NCBI GenBank assembly: GCA_964630375.1
Contig: CAZVRT010000002.1
Coordinates: 1 to 38,737 of the forward strand
DNA: 38,737 bases
Source of the DNA: an uncultured Candidatus Saccharibacteria bacterium
Lineage (GTDB): Bacteria > Patescibacteriota > Minisyncoccia > Phycocordibacterales > JAACPR01
Reading direction: 5' to 3'
Positions 17,534-26,298 of this stretch are shown here, piece after piece (position 1 is the first letter of the stretch; each line of letters starts with the position of its first letter). The translations under genes and the position numbers were made by a program. Under the pieces are notes generated by a model, which saw nothing but the letters and a program-made list of their open reading frames with translations, made no database searches and was not told the DNA's origin.

Positions 17534-18175
17534 TTAATTTAATTCTCTTAAAATAATTCTTGCCGGACCACCTTCGACTCCGATGAATTTCAAAGGTAAA
17601 CAAATTATCTCATATTTTCCAGCCTGAACATCTTTTAAATTTATTCCTTCAATAATCGGAATGTTATTTGCCAATAAAGAAGTATGCGGTCTTTGATCCG
17701 AAGAACCTCTTTGTTTGATTGAAAGATAATCAATTCCAACAAGTTGAACTTTTTTCTCAACCAACCAGTCAGCAGCATCGCCATCTAAATACACATAATC
17801 ATCATAAAAATTCTCAAAACCTCGCAAAGAATTTGAAGTTTTTATCAGCAATCTTTCTCCTTCTGCAACATCTCCAAAATCTTCTATTTTGACAGCCTCG
17901 CCACCTTGTCTGTGAGATGCGTCTATTACACGGCATTCACCAATAAAAGTTTCTAGTGGAATTTGATCAAGTGTATTTGCATTCATCACAGCGTGCATTG
18001 GTGCATCAATGTGAGTTCCTGTATGTGTTCCCATTGTTATTTTAGACAAATGAGTTGTTGCTTCAGGCATTTCTGCGTGAGTTTCAATATTTAAAGGAAC
18101 ATTATTTGGATAAACAATTGTTTGATTAGTTAAAGGTAAAGAAATATCAATTATCTTTTTTTCTGAATTACTCAT
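17534..18175 (-). CDS. Cyclase-family metal-dependent hydrolase (kynurenine formamidase-like, PF04199)
   Basis: 213 aa with the signature HTGTHIDAPMH, a downstream D-x-H-like metal-ligand context, and GVEGGPARII at the C-terminus. Confidence 0.85.
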   Translation of the reverse strand: MSNSEKKIIDISLPLTNQTIVYPNNVPLNIETHAEMPEATTHLSKITMGTHTGTHIDAPMHAVMNANTLDQIPLETFIGECRVIDASHRQGGEAVKIEDFGDVAEGERLLIKTSNSLRGFENFYDDYVYLDGDAADWLVEKKVQLVGIDYLSIKQRGSSDQRPHTSLLANNIPIIEGINLKDVQAGKYEIICLPLKFIGVEGGPARIILRELN

Positions 18176-18177
18176 GA

Positions 18178-19566
18178 CTAAATCGTACTAATTATTTCTT
18201 TTGGGTCAATGCCTTTTTGATATTTAAAAATAGGAGTGTTTTCCCAAGATTTTATAACTTTTTCGACAAATAACCATTGAGCTAGGATTTCTTTTGTGGA
18301 AATAAACATTGTTTGATCGCCTCTTATTGCATCAAATAAAACTTTTTCATAAGCATCCGGGATTCGTGATTTTTCATTTAGATAATCAAAGCTTAATTCT
18401 TGTGATTCAACTTTGTAATCAAATCCTGGTTTTTTAGACCAAAATTGGATTTTGATTTCTTGTTTTGGTTGCAATTTAAAAGTCACAATGTTTTTGTATT
18501 CTCTTTTGTCATCAGGCGGACAAACACTTGTAAATTTTTCTTTAAAAATCACAGTAATTTGAGCATAGGACTCGTTTAAAGCTTTTCCGCTGATAAGATT
18601 TATTTTTGTGCCTTTCCAGCGTAGATTATTGATTTTTGCTTTCACTGAAAAAAAAGTTTCTGTTTCAGATTGAGGGTTTATGCCGGGAATTTGGTTGTAA
18701 GAGATGTATTGCGCGCGCGGGTGATCAATTAACCTCTGAGGTTCTTTTACTTGCATGTTTTCAATATCCACTTCAAGTGCAGACAAAGCATCCGCGCGCG
18801 CCTTTCTAATATCAGCAACATTCAAAGATTTCGGATCCTCCATCACAACCAAAGACAACATCTGCAAAACATGATTCTGCCCAACGTCCCTCAATGCACC
18901 AACCGAATCATAGAAAGCACCCCGAGTATCAACATCTATACTTTCATTCATCTCTACAATAATTTCCTCTATCGAATCAGAATTCCAAATCTGTTCAAAA
19001 ATTGAATTTGCAAATCTAAAAGTCAAAATATTTTGCAAAGTCTCTTTTCCCAGATAATGATCAATTCTAAAAATCTGATCTTCTTTAAATAATTTTCCAA
19101 GCAAAGCGTCCAGATATATCGCATGTTCAGAATCATTTCCAAACGGTTTCTCTACCAAAATTCTATCCCAACCATTATTCGGATTCATCAAACCACTAGT
19201 CGCAATATTATTGAAGGCATTTTCATAAAGATTCGGAGAAATCGCTAGATAATAAAGATTATTTCCATTTTGTTCATTTAATTTTTTCGCCAAACTGCTC
19301 AAAGTTTCTTTATTGGAAATATCTGCTGAAAAATACCCGCATTTTTCAACAAAATCTTTTTTACCATCAAATTCTCCGAGCGCACCATTAACCCAATCTT
19401 GAAATTCTTCATCAGAAAGATTTTTTCTTGAAACACCAATAATCTCAAAATTTTCCTGCAAAAATTTATTTTTATACAATTCAAAAATAGACGGGATTAT
19501 TTTCTTCCGCACCAAATCTCCTGTTCCTCCAAAAATTACAAATCTCAACGGTAAATTTTCAATCAT
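18178..19566 (-). CDS. zwf: Glucose-6-phosphate 1-dehydrogenase
   Basis: 462 aa with the N-terminal NADP motif FGGTGDLVRKKIIPS, EKPFG, and the active-site signature RIDHYLGKE. Confidence 0.95.
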   Translation of the reverse strand: MIENLPLRFVIFGGTGDLVRKKIIPSIFELYKNKFLQENFEIIGVSRKNLSDEEFQDWVNGALGEFDGKKDFVEKCGYFSADISNKETLSSLAKKLNEQNGNNLYYLAISPNLYENAFNNIATSGLMNPNNGWDRILVEKPFGNDSEHAIYLDALLGKLFKEDQIFRIDHYLGKETLQNILTFRFANSIFEQIWNSDSIEEIIVEMNESIDVDTRGAFYDSVGALRDVGQNHVLQMLSLVVMEDPKSLNVADIRKARADALSALEVDIENMQVKEPQRLIDHPRAQYISYNQIPGINPQSETETFFSVKAKINNLRWKGTKINLISGKALNESYAQITVIFKEKFTSVCPPDDKREYKNIVTFKLQPKQEIKIQFWSKKPGFDYKVESQELSFDYLNEKSRIPDAYEKVLFDAIRGDQTMFISTKEILAQWLFVEKVIKSWENTPIFKYQKGIDPKEIISTI

Positions 19567-19574
19567 ATATCTTA

Positions 19575-20363
19575 CTATTTTAGAGTTCTTTCAAGTTCTT
19601 TAATTTTTTGCTCTATCTTTTGCTTTTCGTTTTGAAGAGCAGGAGAACTCTTTGCTGTCCCAGTTTCTCTACTTTTAATATCTTCGTATTGTTTTTGTTT
19701 TCTTAACAAGTTCTTTTGATCTATTGAGAAACGAGTTTTAAATTGATTTAAAACGGTTTCTTCAGATCTTAAATTCTGCAAAATTTTAGCAATTTCAAAC
19801 TCAACTTGTTTTGCTTGAAATTCTGTTTTTGATTGCTTATCTTGAGATTGTTTCAACTTCTGTTGGCTTCTAGTCATATCAGAAATAACTCTTCGGCGCT
19901 TCAGATTTAATTGTTCAATTTCTCTGTCTATTGTTTTTAATTCATCTTGTAATCTCTCGGTTTCTCTTTGAGCTGTTTCTGCACCAAAATCTGTTCGAGT
20001 AGAACCTCGGCTCAATAAAGATTTTTTTGAATTCAAAGCATTCTGCAATTCTCTAACTTTATCAGAATGACGAGCCAACTCTTTGGTTAATTCTGCAACA
20101 TTTCTTGCTTCATTTTTAAATTCTTGTTCAGCTCTAGTTTCTTCTCCTTTATATCTTCTCTCTGAAACAGAAATCCTCTGAATTTCACGATCTACAACAT
20201 GCAATCTTGCTCTTAGGGCGCTTATTTCTCGCTCTGTTTGTTTTCTCTTTAATTCATTTTTTCGTTTGTCCTGTGCTTGTTTTTTAGATTCCAACATACT
20301 AAGAGCACGCGGATCTAAACCACGACCTTTCGCTAGATTGTTACTATACCCATCAAAAGCCAT
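19575..20363 (-). CDS. Hypothetical charged coiled-coil protein
   Basis: 262 aa, very rich in E/K/R/Q with heptad-like character. It lies 8 nt upstream of zwf and 24 nt downstream of the nuclease gene. Confidence 0.7.
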   Translation of the reverse strand: MAFDGYSNNLAKGRGLDPRALSMLESKKQAQDKRKNELKRKQTEREISALRARLHVVDREIQRISVSERRYKGEETRAEQEFKNEARNVAELTKELARHSDKVRELQNALNSKKSLLSRGSTRTDFGAETAQRETERLQDELKTIDREIEQLNLKRRRVISDMTRSQQKLKQSQDKQSKTEFQAKQVEFEIAKILQNLRSEETVLNQFKTRFSIDQKNLLRKQKQYEDIKSRETGTAKSSPALQNEKQKIEQKIKELERTLK

Positions 20364-20387
20364 ATTAGGCTTATTATATCACAACCA

Positions 20388-21149
20388 CTAATTTAGATTT
20401 TCGGCTGAAACACGGCTATAACAATACTGACAATGTTCACAATCAGGATTAGGCTCAGGAATTTCATTTCCATCTAAAGTTTCTTTTATCCTAAAAATAG
20501 TATCTTCAACCCATCTCGGATCTCCTTCATATGGAATTAAAGTAACTTCAAATTCTAGTTTTCCATCAAAAGATTTTGCATCAGTTTTTCCGTTTGCATA
20601 AACAAAATAACCTAAATCAGAAACATTGAAATTTAATTTTCTCAAAAGCCATTGATAAACTTCCATTTGTCTCTTATATCCATCTTTCCATTTATCATCT
20701 AAAGTAATTTCTTCATCTTTACTTGTAGATTTATAATCCACAACAATCAAAGAATTATCTGGCTTCACCCAAATATCATCAACAGCACCAGAAATAACCA
20801 TTCCGGTTTCTTCGTGTAAATACTGAATTCCTTCAAAGTTTTCTCGCCAAGTATCCATTTGCGGATGAGCCAAAGGCACAGCATCAACTCCATAACTTTC
20901 CATTAAAGGATGCGGCGAACCATTTGCTCTATGTATATCGAATTCTTTTTTGAATAAAGCATCGACAGCAGAGTTTAAAAGAAATGCCGGAAATTTTGGC
21001 CGAGCAAAACCAAACTTATTATCAATATAAAAACATCTTGGGCACTCTATAAACAAATCAATTTTTGATCGAGACAATTTCCAGTTCGGTCCACCGTAAT
21101 TCCATCGACTATCTCTTTTTTTCTTTTGCGGTAAATTTTTCAAATCCAT
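20388..21149 (-). CDS. PD-(D/E)XK nuclease superfamily protein, Cas4-like with four-Cys cluster
   Basis: 253 aa. A single-Cys pair CPRCFY sits near the N-terminus and CEHCQYC near the C-terminus, which is the Cas4/AddB-type Fe-S arrangement. The core is D-x(n)-VVDYKS. Confidence 0.75.
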   Translation of the reverse strand: MDLKNLPQKKKRDSRWNYGGPNWKLSRSKIDLFIECPRCFYIDNKFGFARPKFPAFLLNSAVDALFKKEFDIHRANGSPHPLMESYGVDAVPLAHPQMDTWRENFEGIQYLHEETGMVISGAVDDIWVKPDNSLIVVDYKSTSKDEEITLDDKWKDGYKRQMEVYQWLLRKLNFNVSDLGYFVYANGKTDAKSFDGKLEFEVTLIPYEGDPRWVEDTIFRIKETLDGNEIPEPNPDCEHCQYCYSRVSAENLN

Positions 21150-21187
21150 TTCTTTATTTTATCAATTTTAAACTCATGAATAAAGCT

Positions 21188-21211
21188 AAAATAAAAAGGG
21201 CTAAAAAGCCC
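21188..21211 (-). terminator. Intrinsic terminator of the 21216..21665 gene
   Basis: The minus-strand reading is GGGCT-TTTT-AGCCC followed by TTTTTATTTT. The stem is short (5 bp). Confidence 0.5.
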
Positions 21212-21215
21212 AAGG

Positions 21216-21665
21216 TTAAGCGGCAGAAACAATATTTTGTGGATATGCCAGAATATTTTTAGCAGCACAAAGTTCTTCAAGAACCGCTGTGGCAAAAATT
21301 TCTGGAATTTTGTTCCATTGCAAACCTTCCAATCTGACAACTCTACAACCCGCTTCACGCAAAGAAGTAGAAACATCCAAATCATCATTGTTTGCAAACA
21401 AAATAGTTCTCATGGAACGAGTATAGATAATTTCTCTCATTTGATTGAGTTTGTCTCTATATTCCTCACTCCATTCCGCCGTTTCCCTCCCAAAATCAGT
21501 AATCAAGAAAATTTCATACTGATCGATAAAAAGCGACTCACGTTCTGTGTATTCAAACACAGAAACGCAATCACAAATTTGAGATTTTCTAATCAACTCA
21601 ACAGTTTTTGAAGCCCATTTTTGACCAAAAACTCCGACGCTTGGATTGTCTTTTAATGTTCTCAT
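21216..21665 (-). CDS. Hypothetical protein (very weak LabA/NYN-like motif resemblance)
   Basis: 149-aa ORF with its own terminator and slightly higher G+C than its neighbours. LFIDQYE and ILFANNDDLD...LREAGCRVVRLEG faintly recall NYN/LabA motifs. This is not a confident assignment. Confidence 0.6.
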   Translation of the reverse strand: MRTLKDNPSVGVFGQKWASKTVELIRKSQICDCVSVFEYTERESLFIDQYEIFLITDFGRETAEWSEEYRDKLNQMREIIYTRSMRTILFANNDDLDVSTSLREAGCRVVRLEGLQWNKIPEIFATAVLEELCAAKNILAYPQNIVSAA

Positions 21666-21732
21666 CTGCGAAAAAGTATCTCACAAACACTCTAAAATTA
21701 TTTTAAAGAAAAACTCTTAGCAAAATAAAATT

Positions 21733-23319
21733 TTATTTTCCCAACATTCTTATCAGTTTTTTTGACCGCTTCTCCATTTCAGCCACATAAATATCAAAAT
21801 TATTTAATCTTTGTATACCATTTTCAGATACAATATAAATTTCATCAAAATCTACATTTTTCACAAAATTTCTATCATGAGACACTGCAATCACAGTTCC
21901 TTTAAAATCCTTAATTGACTCTTCAAGCGCCATTTCTGCTTCAATATCAAGATGGTTTGTCGGTTCATCCAAAATCAAAGTATTCACGTTTGTCGCCACA
22001 AAATACGCAAAAAGCAATCGAGCTCTTCCACCTGGACTCAAAAATTTTATTTGAGATTTTATATCTTCTTCAGTAAAACCAAATTTAATCAAATGATTGT
22101 GAATCAATTCTTTTTCAACACCCAAATGATCTTTAAAAAATTTCAAAAGAGTTTTGTTTGGTGGAAGATTTTCATGTTCTTGCATAAAGTTTCCAAAATG
22201 AACTCCACTATCAACTTCAACAAGACCACTAATATTTTTCAACATTCCTGTAATTGTTTTCAAAATTGTTGTTTTTCCAACGCCGTTTGGACCAACAATA
22301 CAAATTCGATTTCCATAAACAATATCAAAATTTACTGGACCGATAATAAAATCACCCTTATATCTAGTCACAACATCTTTCAAAGAAATATTTAAAGCCG
22401 GAGAATCTGTTTGTGAGTCAATTTTTAAAGACAATTCTTTTCTCTCTTTTGGTTTTTCAACAAAATCCATTCGCTTGATTCTGTTCATTGTAACTTTTGC
22501 ACTTTTAAAAGATCTCGCCGCACGGTTTTGTTTAAAGCCAGTCAACATTTTGTCGTTATCGGGACTTTTCCATTTTTGACCTTTCAAACCTTTTTCTTGT
22601 TGAGCTACAGCAACACCTTTCAAACGTACAACCTCGTCTTGTTGCTGATGGTGTACTTGATTCAAACGATTAAATTCAAGTTGCCTTTCAATTAAATAAT
22701 TAGAATATTTTGCATTTGAAATTCTAAGAGAGTGATCGCTCCAATCTATTTCAAAAATTTTGTTTGTGACATTATCCAAAAAAGTTTTATCATGCGACAC
22801 AACAATCAAAGCACCTTTAAAATTTTGCAGATAATCTTCAAGCCAAATTAAAGCGGGCAAATCTAAATTGTTTGTCGGCTCATCCAATAAAAGCAAATCG
22901 ACATCTTGCAGCAAAATATTTGTTAAAAAAACTTTTGTCTTTTGACCACTACTCAGATCGCCAATCTTTTTTTGCTTCACATTTTCTGGCAACAAAAAAC
23001 CAGCAAACATAATATCAATCTTTCTCAAAAATTCGCTTTTTTCTGTATTACCTTGATTTTTTAAAAGAAAATCCAAAACCTTTATTTTATTGAAACCACT
23101 TGGATCTTGAGGTACAAAGCCTCTTTTTACCTTGTCATTCATTTCAAAAGTTCCGTTTGAATAACTTTCTTCTCCAGCCAAAATTCTCAATAAAGTTGTT
23201 TTTCCTGCACCATTAAAACCAGTCAATGCAATTTTATTTCCTTTTTCAACATTAAAAGAAATTCTGTCCAAAACAGTTTTATCATCAAAATATTTTGAAA
23301 GATTTTTAATTTTTATCAT
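21733..23319 (-). CDS. ABC-F family ATPase (two tandem ABC domains, no TM domain)
   Basis: 528 aa with two Walker A motifs (GFNGAGKTT, GPNGVGKTT), two LSGGQ-like signatures (LSSGQK, LSPGGR), two Walker B motifs (LLLLDEPTN, LILDEPTN), and a charged inter-domain linker. Confidence 0.9.
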   Translation of the reverse strand: MIKIKNLSKYFDDKTVLDRISFNVEKGNKIALTGFNGAGKTTLLRILAGEESYSNGTFEMNDKVKRGFVPQDPSGFNKIKVLDFLLKNQGNTEKSEFLRKIDIMFAGFLLPENVKQKKIGDLSSGQKTKVFLTNILLQDVDLLLLDEPTNNLDLPALIWLEDYLQNFKGALIVVSHDKTFLDNVTNKIFEIDWSDHSLRISNAKYSNYLIERQLEFNRLNQVHHQQQDEVVRLKGVAVAQQEKGLKGQKWKSPDNDKMLTGFKQNRAARSFKSAKVTMNRIKRMDFVEKPKERKELSLKIDSQTDSPALNISLKDVVTRYKGDFIIGPVNFDIVYGNRICIVGPNGVGKTTILKTITGMLKNISGLVEVDSGVHFGNFMQEHENLPPNKTLLKFFKDHLGVEKELIHNHLIKFGFTEEDIKSQIKFLSPGGRARLLFAYFVATNVNTLILDEPTNHLDIEAEMALEESIKDFKGTVIAVSHDRNFVKNVDFDEIYIVSENGIQRLNNFDIYVAEMEKRSKKLIRMLGK

Positions 23320-23569
23320 CGTTTTTATTTCCCCACTGCCACTTTGGTTTTTCTCCTTTCTTATAAGCGATTTTTATAAAAGCGATTGTCAGTAATGTCA
23401 CCGGCAACAAAAATGTGAAAAATATTTCTCTCACAGGAGAATTTTCGTCAATTGTTTTTGCAAAAACTACAATCAAAATTATGTAAATTAAAGTCACAAT
23501 CCAACCTTGCCATGTCGCAGGATACCAACCCCAACCATAATGTTTCCTTTTAAACCAAAGTTTTTTCAT
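23306..23569 (-). CDS. Small membrane protein
   Basis: 87 aa with KHYGWGWYPATWQGW followed by two hydrophobic helices. It overlaps the ABC-F start by 14 nt, which implies an operon. Confidence 0.65.
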   Translation of the reverse strand: MKKLWFKRKHYGWGWYPATWQGWIVTLIYIILIVVFAKTIDENSPVREIFFTFLLPVTLLTIAFIKIAYKKGEKPKWQWGNKNDDKN

Positions 23570-23596
23570 ACTTTAAATATAGCAACAAACAAGGTT

Positions 23597-24922
23597 TTAA
23601 GCACTCTTGGCTTCAGAATAAGTTTTTGAAAGCAATTTATATGATTTAGATTTGAAAGCTAGCAAAGTCACCAATAAACCGACAATTCCACAAATTGTAA
23701 ACAAAAGTGCAATTCCTCTCGCTTCACCAACTCCAAACCAAGAACCAATCAAATCAACTCCTTTTCCGGTTGTCATAAAAGGAATAAAAATAAATTGCGC
23801 GATTGGACCAATTAAAAATGTTGTTATAGGAGTTGCGGCTGATTCAACACTTTGTGAAAAACCAAAAACCCGACCTTGTTGCTCATAAGGCACAACATTT
23901 TGTATTACTGTTTGCTCCGAAGCTTCTGCAAACGGACCAATAGACATCCAGATAAAAATTCCTATTGCCAACAAAATTACTGATGGTTGAATTGTAAAGA
24001 AAATACAACTTGTCCAAGCAATTACATTTGCTAACAAAAGATTTCTCAAAGGATTTTTTCCCAAACCAAATTTTGCGATAAAAGTATTTCCAGCAATAAA
24101 TCCAAAACTTAAAATCGCAAACATAATTCCCCATGTTTGAACTGAAACAAGTGAAAGTCCATAAGCGTCCATCAATGCCATGAACACTCCTCCTAAAAAG
24201 TTATTGAAAGTTGCAAAGAATATCAATCCAAACAAACCTCTAATAGAAGAAATAATCGCAATATTTTCTTTAAAACTAAAATGATTTGTTTCTTTTTTCA
24301 CTTCATCTTCTTTGACTTCGACTTTTCCTTCATTAAAATTTATAAAAATTAAATGAATCAAAGATATTACAGAACTTATAATTGCGATGACAATTGCAAT
24401 TTTCATTGAGAAAAATCCGATTACCAATCCACTGAAAACAGAAGTCAGAGAAAAACTAATTCCATTAACCGCGCCAACCATTCCATTCGCTTTATCTCTA
24501 TTGTCTTTAAAAAGAAGAGTTACCACAGTTGAAAGTGCGATCATTCTTAAATTTCCGGCAACTGTTCCAATCATCAATAAAACAATCAAAGACCATAGTG
24601 CAAAAGAAAATTGATTGCTAAAAACTTCATTTGGAAATGAAAACAAAATAATGCCTCCTAAAATATAGAAAGAAAGAGAAACAATATTTGAAACTAGCAT
24701 TGCTGTTCGTTTTTTGTGTTTGTCGACAATTCCTCCAAAAAAGAAAGCTGAAAGCATGTGTGCAACCGCAAAAATTCCGGCAATCATCGAAGTCACAAGA
24801 ACAGACTTTGTAGAAAGAAACGCCCAAAAAGTCAAAGCAAACCAAACGAAAGTGTTTGTCACAGACGAGATCAAAGTATTAGCCAAAAGGTTGTAGAAAA
24901 TCTTTTTGTTATCTTTAAACAT
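23597..24922 (-). CDS. MFS transporter, DHA3 (Mef/EntS-like) type
   Basis: 441 aa with about 12 hydrophobic segments. The loop 2-3 motif GGIVDKHKKRTAML resembles the G-x-x-x-D-R/K-x-x-R-K motif of the DHA3 macrolide-efflux/enterobactin-exporter group. Confidence 0.85.
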   Translation of the reverse strand: MFKDNKKIFYNLLANTLISSVTNTFVWFALTFWAFLSTKSVLVTSMIAGIFAVAHMLSAFFFGGIVDKHKKRTAMLVSNIVSLSFYILGGIILFSFPNEVFSNQFSFALWSLIVLLMIGTVAGNLRMIALSTVVTLLFKDNRDKANGMVGAVNGISFSLTSVFSGLVIGFFSMKIAIVIAIISSVISLIHLIFINFNEGKVEVKEDEVKKETNHFSFKENIAIISSIRGLFGLIFFATFNNFLGGVFMALMDAYGLSLVSVQTWGIMFAILSFGFIAGNTFIAKFGLGKNPLRNLLLANVIAWTSCIFFTIQPSVILLAIGIFIWMSIGPFAEASEQTVIQNVVPYEQQGRVFGFSQSVESAATPITTFLIGPIAQFIFIPFMTTGKGVDLIGSWFGVGEARGIALLFTICGIVGLLVTLLAFKSKSYKLLSKTYSEAKSA

Positions 24923-24988
24923 AAGAGATTAAATTTACACTGTTTTTGATTAAAAAACAAATAAAATATAGGTCAAATTAGCCTATTT

Positions 24989-26245
24989 ATGCTAACATAC
25001 CCAAATATGAAGGATAAATTTTGGGATGTAATAGTAATTGGCGGTGGTCCATCAGGAATGATGGCTGCTGGTCGTGCAGCTGAAATCGGCAAATCTGTTT
25101 TGCTTATCGAAAAAAATGATACTCTCGGCAAAAAACTTCTTATCACTGGCGGTGGACGTTGTAATGTCACAAACGCCGAACTGGACAATCGAAAACTGCT
25201 TTCAAAATTTAAAGATAGTAGTAAATTTTTATTTTCTCCATTTTCAGAGTGGAATGTTCAAAATACTTTAGACTTTTTTCACTTGAGGAAAATGCCGACA
25301 AAAATAGAAAAAGAATTGAGAGTTTTTCCTGTTTCTGACAAAGCTGAATCTGTTTGGAAAGTTTTAGTTGAAAATATGCGAAAACATAAAGTAGAAATTC
25401 TTTCTGATAGCCCCGTTTCTGGTTTTGTTATTGAAGATAAAAAAATCATTGGTGTAAAAATTAAAAAACAAATCATCAAAGGTAAATCTTTTATTTTGGC
25501 GACTGGTGGAACTTCGCGTCCCGAAACAGGCTCAACTGGAGATGGTTTCAAATGGCTAAAAGAAATTGGTCACAATGTTATAGAACCCAGACCATCACTT
25601 GTTCCTTTAGCGACAAAAGATTCTTGGATAAAAAAATTAGCAGGTGTTTCTTTAACAGATATTAAATTAACAGTTTTGCAAAACAAACAAAAGCAAGAAG
25701 TCGCACATGGAAAAATTCTTTTCACACATGTTGGTGTCAGCGGTCCAACAATTTTAAACATGAGCAAAGATATCGGCGAATTATTGAAATACGGAGAAGT
25801 TGAAATTCTTTTAGACTTACTTCCAAAATTTGATCACGCAAAACTAAACTCGACTCTTCAAGAAATTTTTAAAGAAAATGATAAAAAGAAATTTAAAAAT
25901 TCTCTTTCTGATTTAATACCATCAGCAATGATTCCATTAATTGTTGAGCTTTCAAAAATTAATCCGGAAAAACAATGTAACAGCATCACCCGAGAAGAAA
26001 GAATGAATTTAATTTCCGCAATTAAAAGTATTCCAATTCATGTGAAAAAATTACTTGGCTCTGACAAAGCAATTATTTCAAGCGGCGGAATTTCTCTTGA
26101 TGAAGTTGATTTTAAAACAATGCAATCAAAACTTTTTCCAAATCTTTATTTAGTCGGAGACATTTTAAATATAGATCGACCTTCTGGCGGATACAGTCTT
26201 CAGCTTTGTTGGACAACTGGTTTTGTCGCAGGAAATAATGCTTAA
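24989..26245 (+). CDS. HI0933-like NAD(P)/FAD-dependent flavoprotein (BaiN/aminoacetone-oxidase family)
   Basis: 418 aa with the dinucleotide motif DVIVIGGGPSGMMAA, the family signature ITGGGRCNVTN, and a C-terminal GGYSLQ...TGFVAG motif. Confidence 0.9.
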   Translation: MLTYPNMKDKFWDVIVIGGGPSGMMAAGRAAEIGKSVLLIEKNDTLGKKLLITGGGRCNVTNAELDNRKLLSKFKDSSKFLFSPFSEWNVQNTLDFFHLRKMPTKIEKELRVFPVSDKAESVWKVLVENMRKHKVEILSDSPVSGFVIEDKKIIGVKIKKQIIKGKSFILATGGTSRPETGSTGDGFKWLKEIGHNVIEPRPSLVPLATKDSWIKKLAGVSLTDIKLTVLQNKQKQEVAHGKILFTHVGVSGPTILNMSKDIGELLKYGEVEILLDLLPKFDHAKLNSTLQEIFKENDKKKFKNSLSDLIPSAMIPLIVELSKINPEKQCNSITREERMNLISAIKSIPIHVKKLLGSDKAIISSGGISLDEVDFKTMQSKLFPNLYLVGDILNIDRPSGGYSLQLCWTTGFVAGNNA

Positions 26246-26282
26246 TAAATAAAAACACAGACCTCGCACGAGATCTGTGTGT
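26246..26282 (-). terminator. Intrinsic terminator behind leuA (between convergent genes)
   Basis: ACACAGA (26255-26261) / TCTGTGT (26274-26280) plus inner pairs. The minus-strand reading is followed by TTTTTATTTATT. Confidence 0.6.
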
Positions 26283-26298
26283 AAACTCCAAAAAACAA

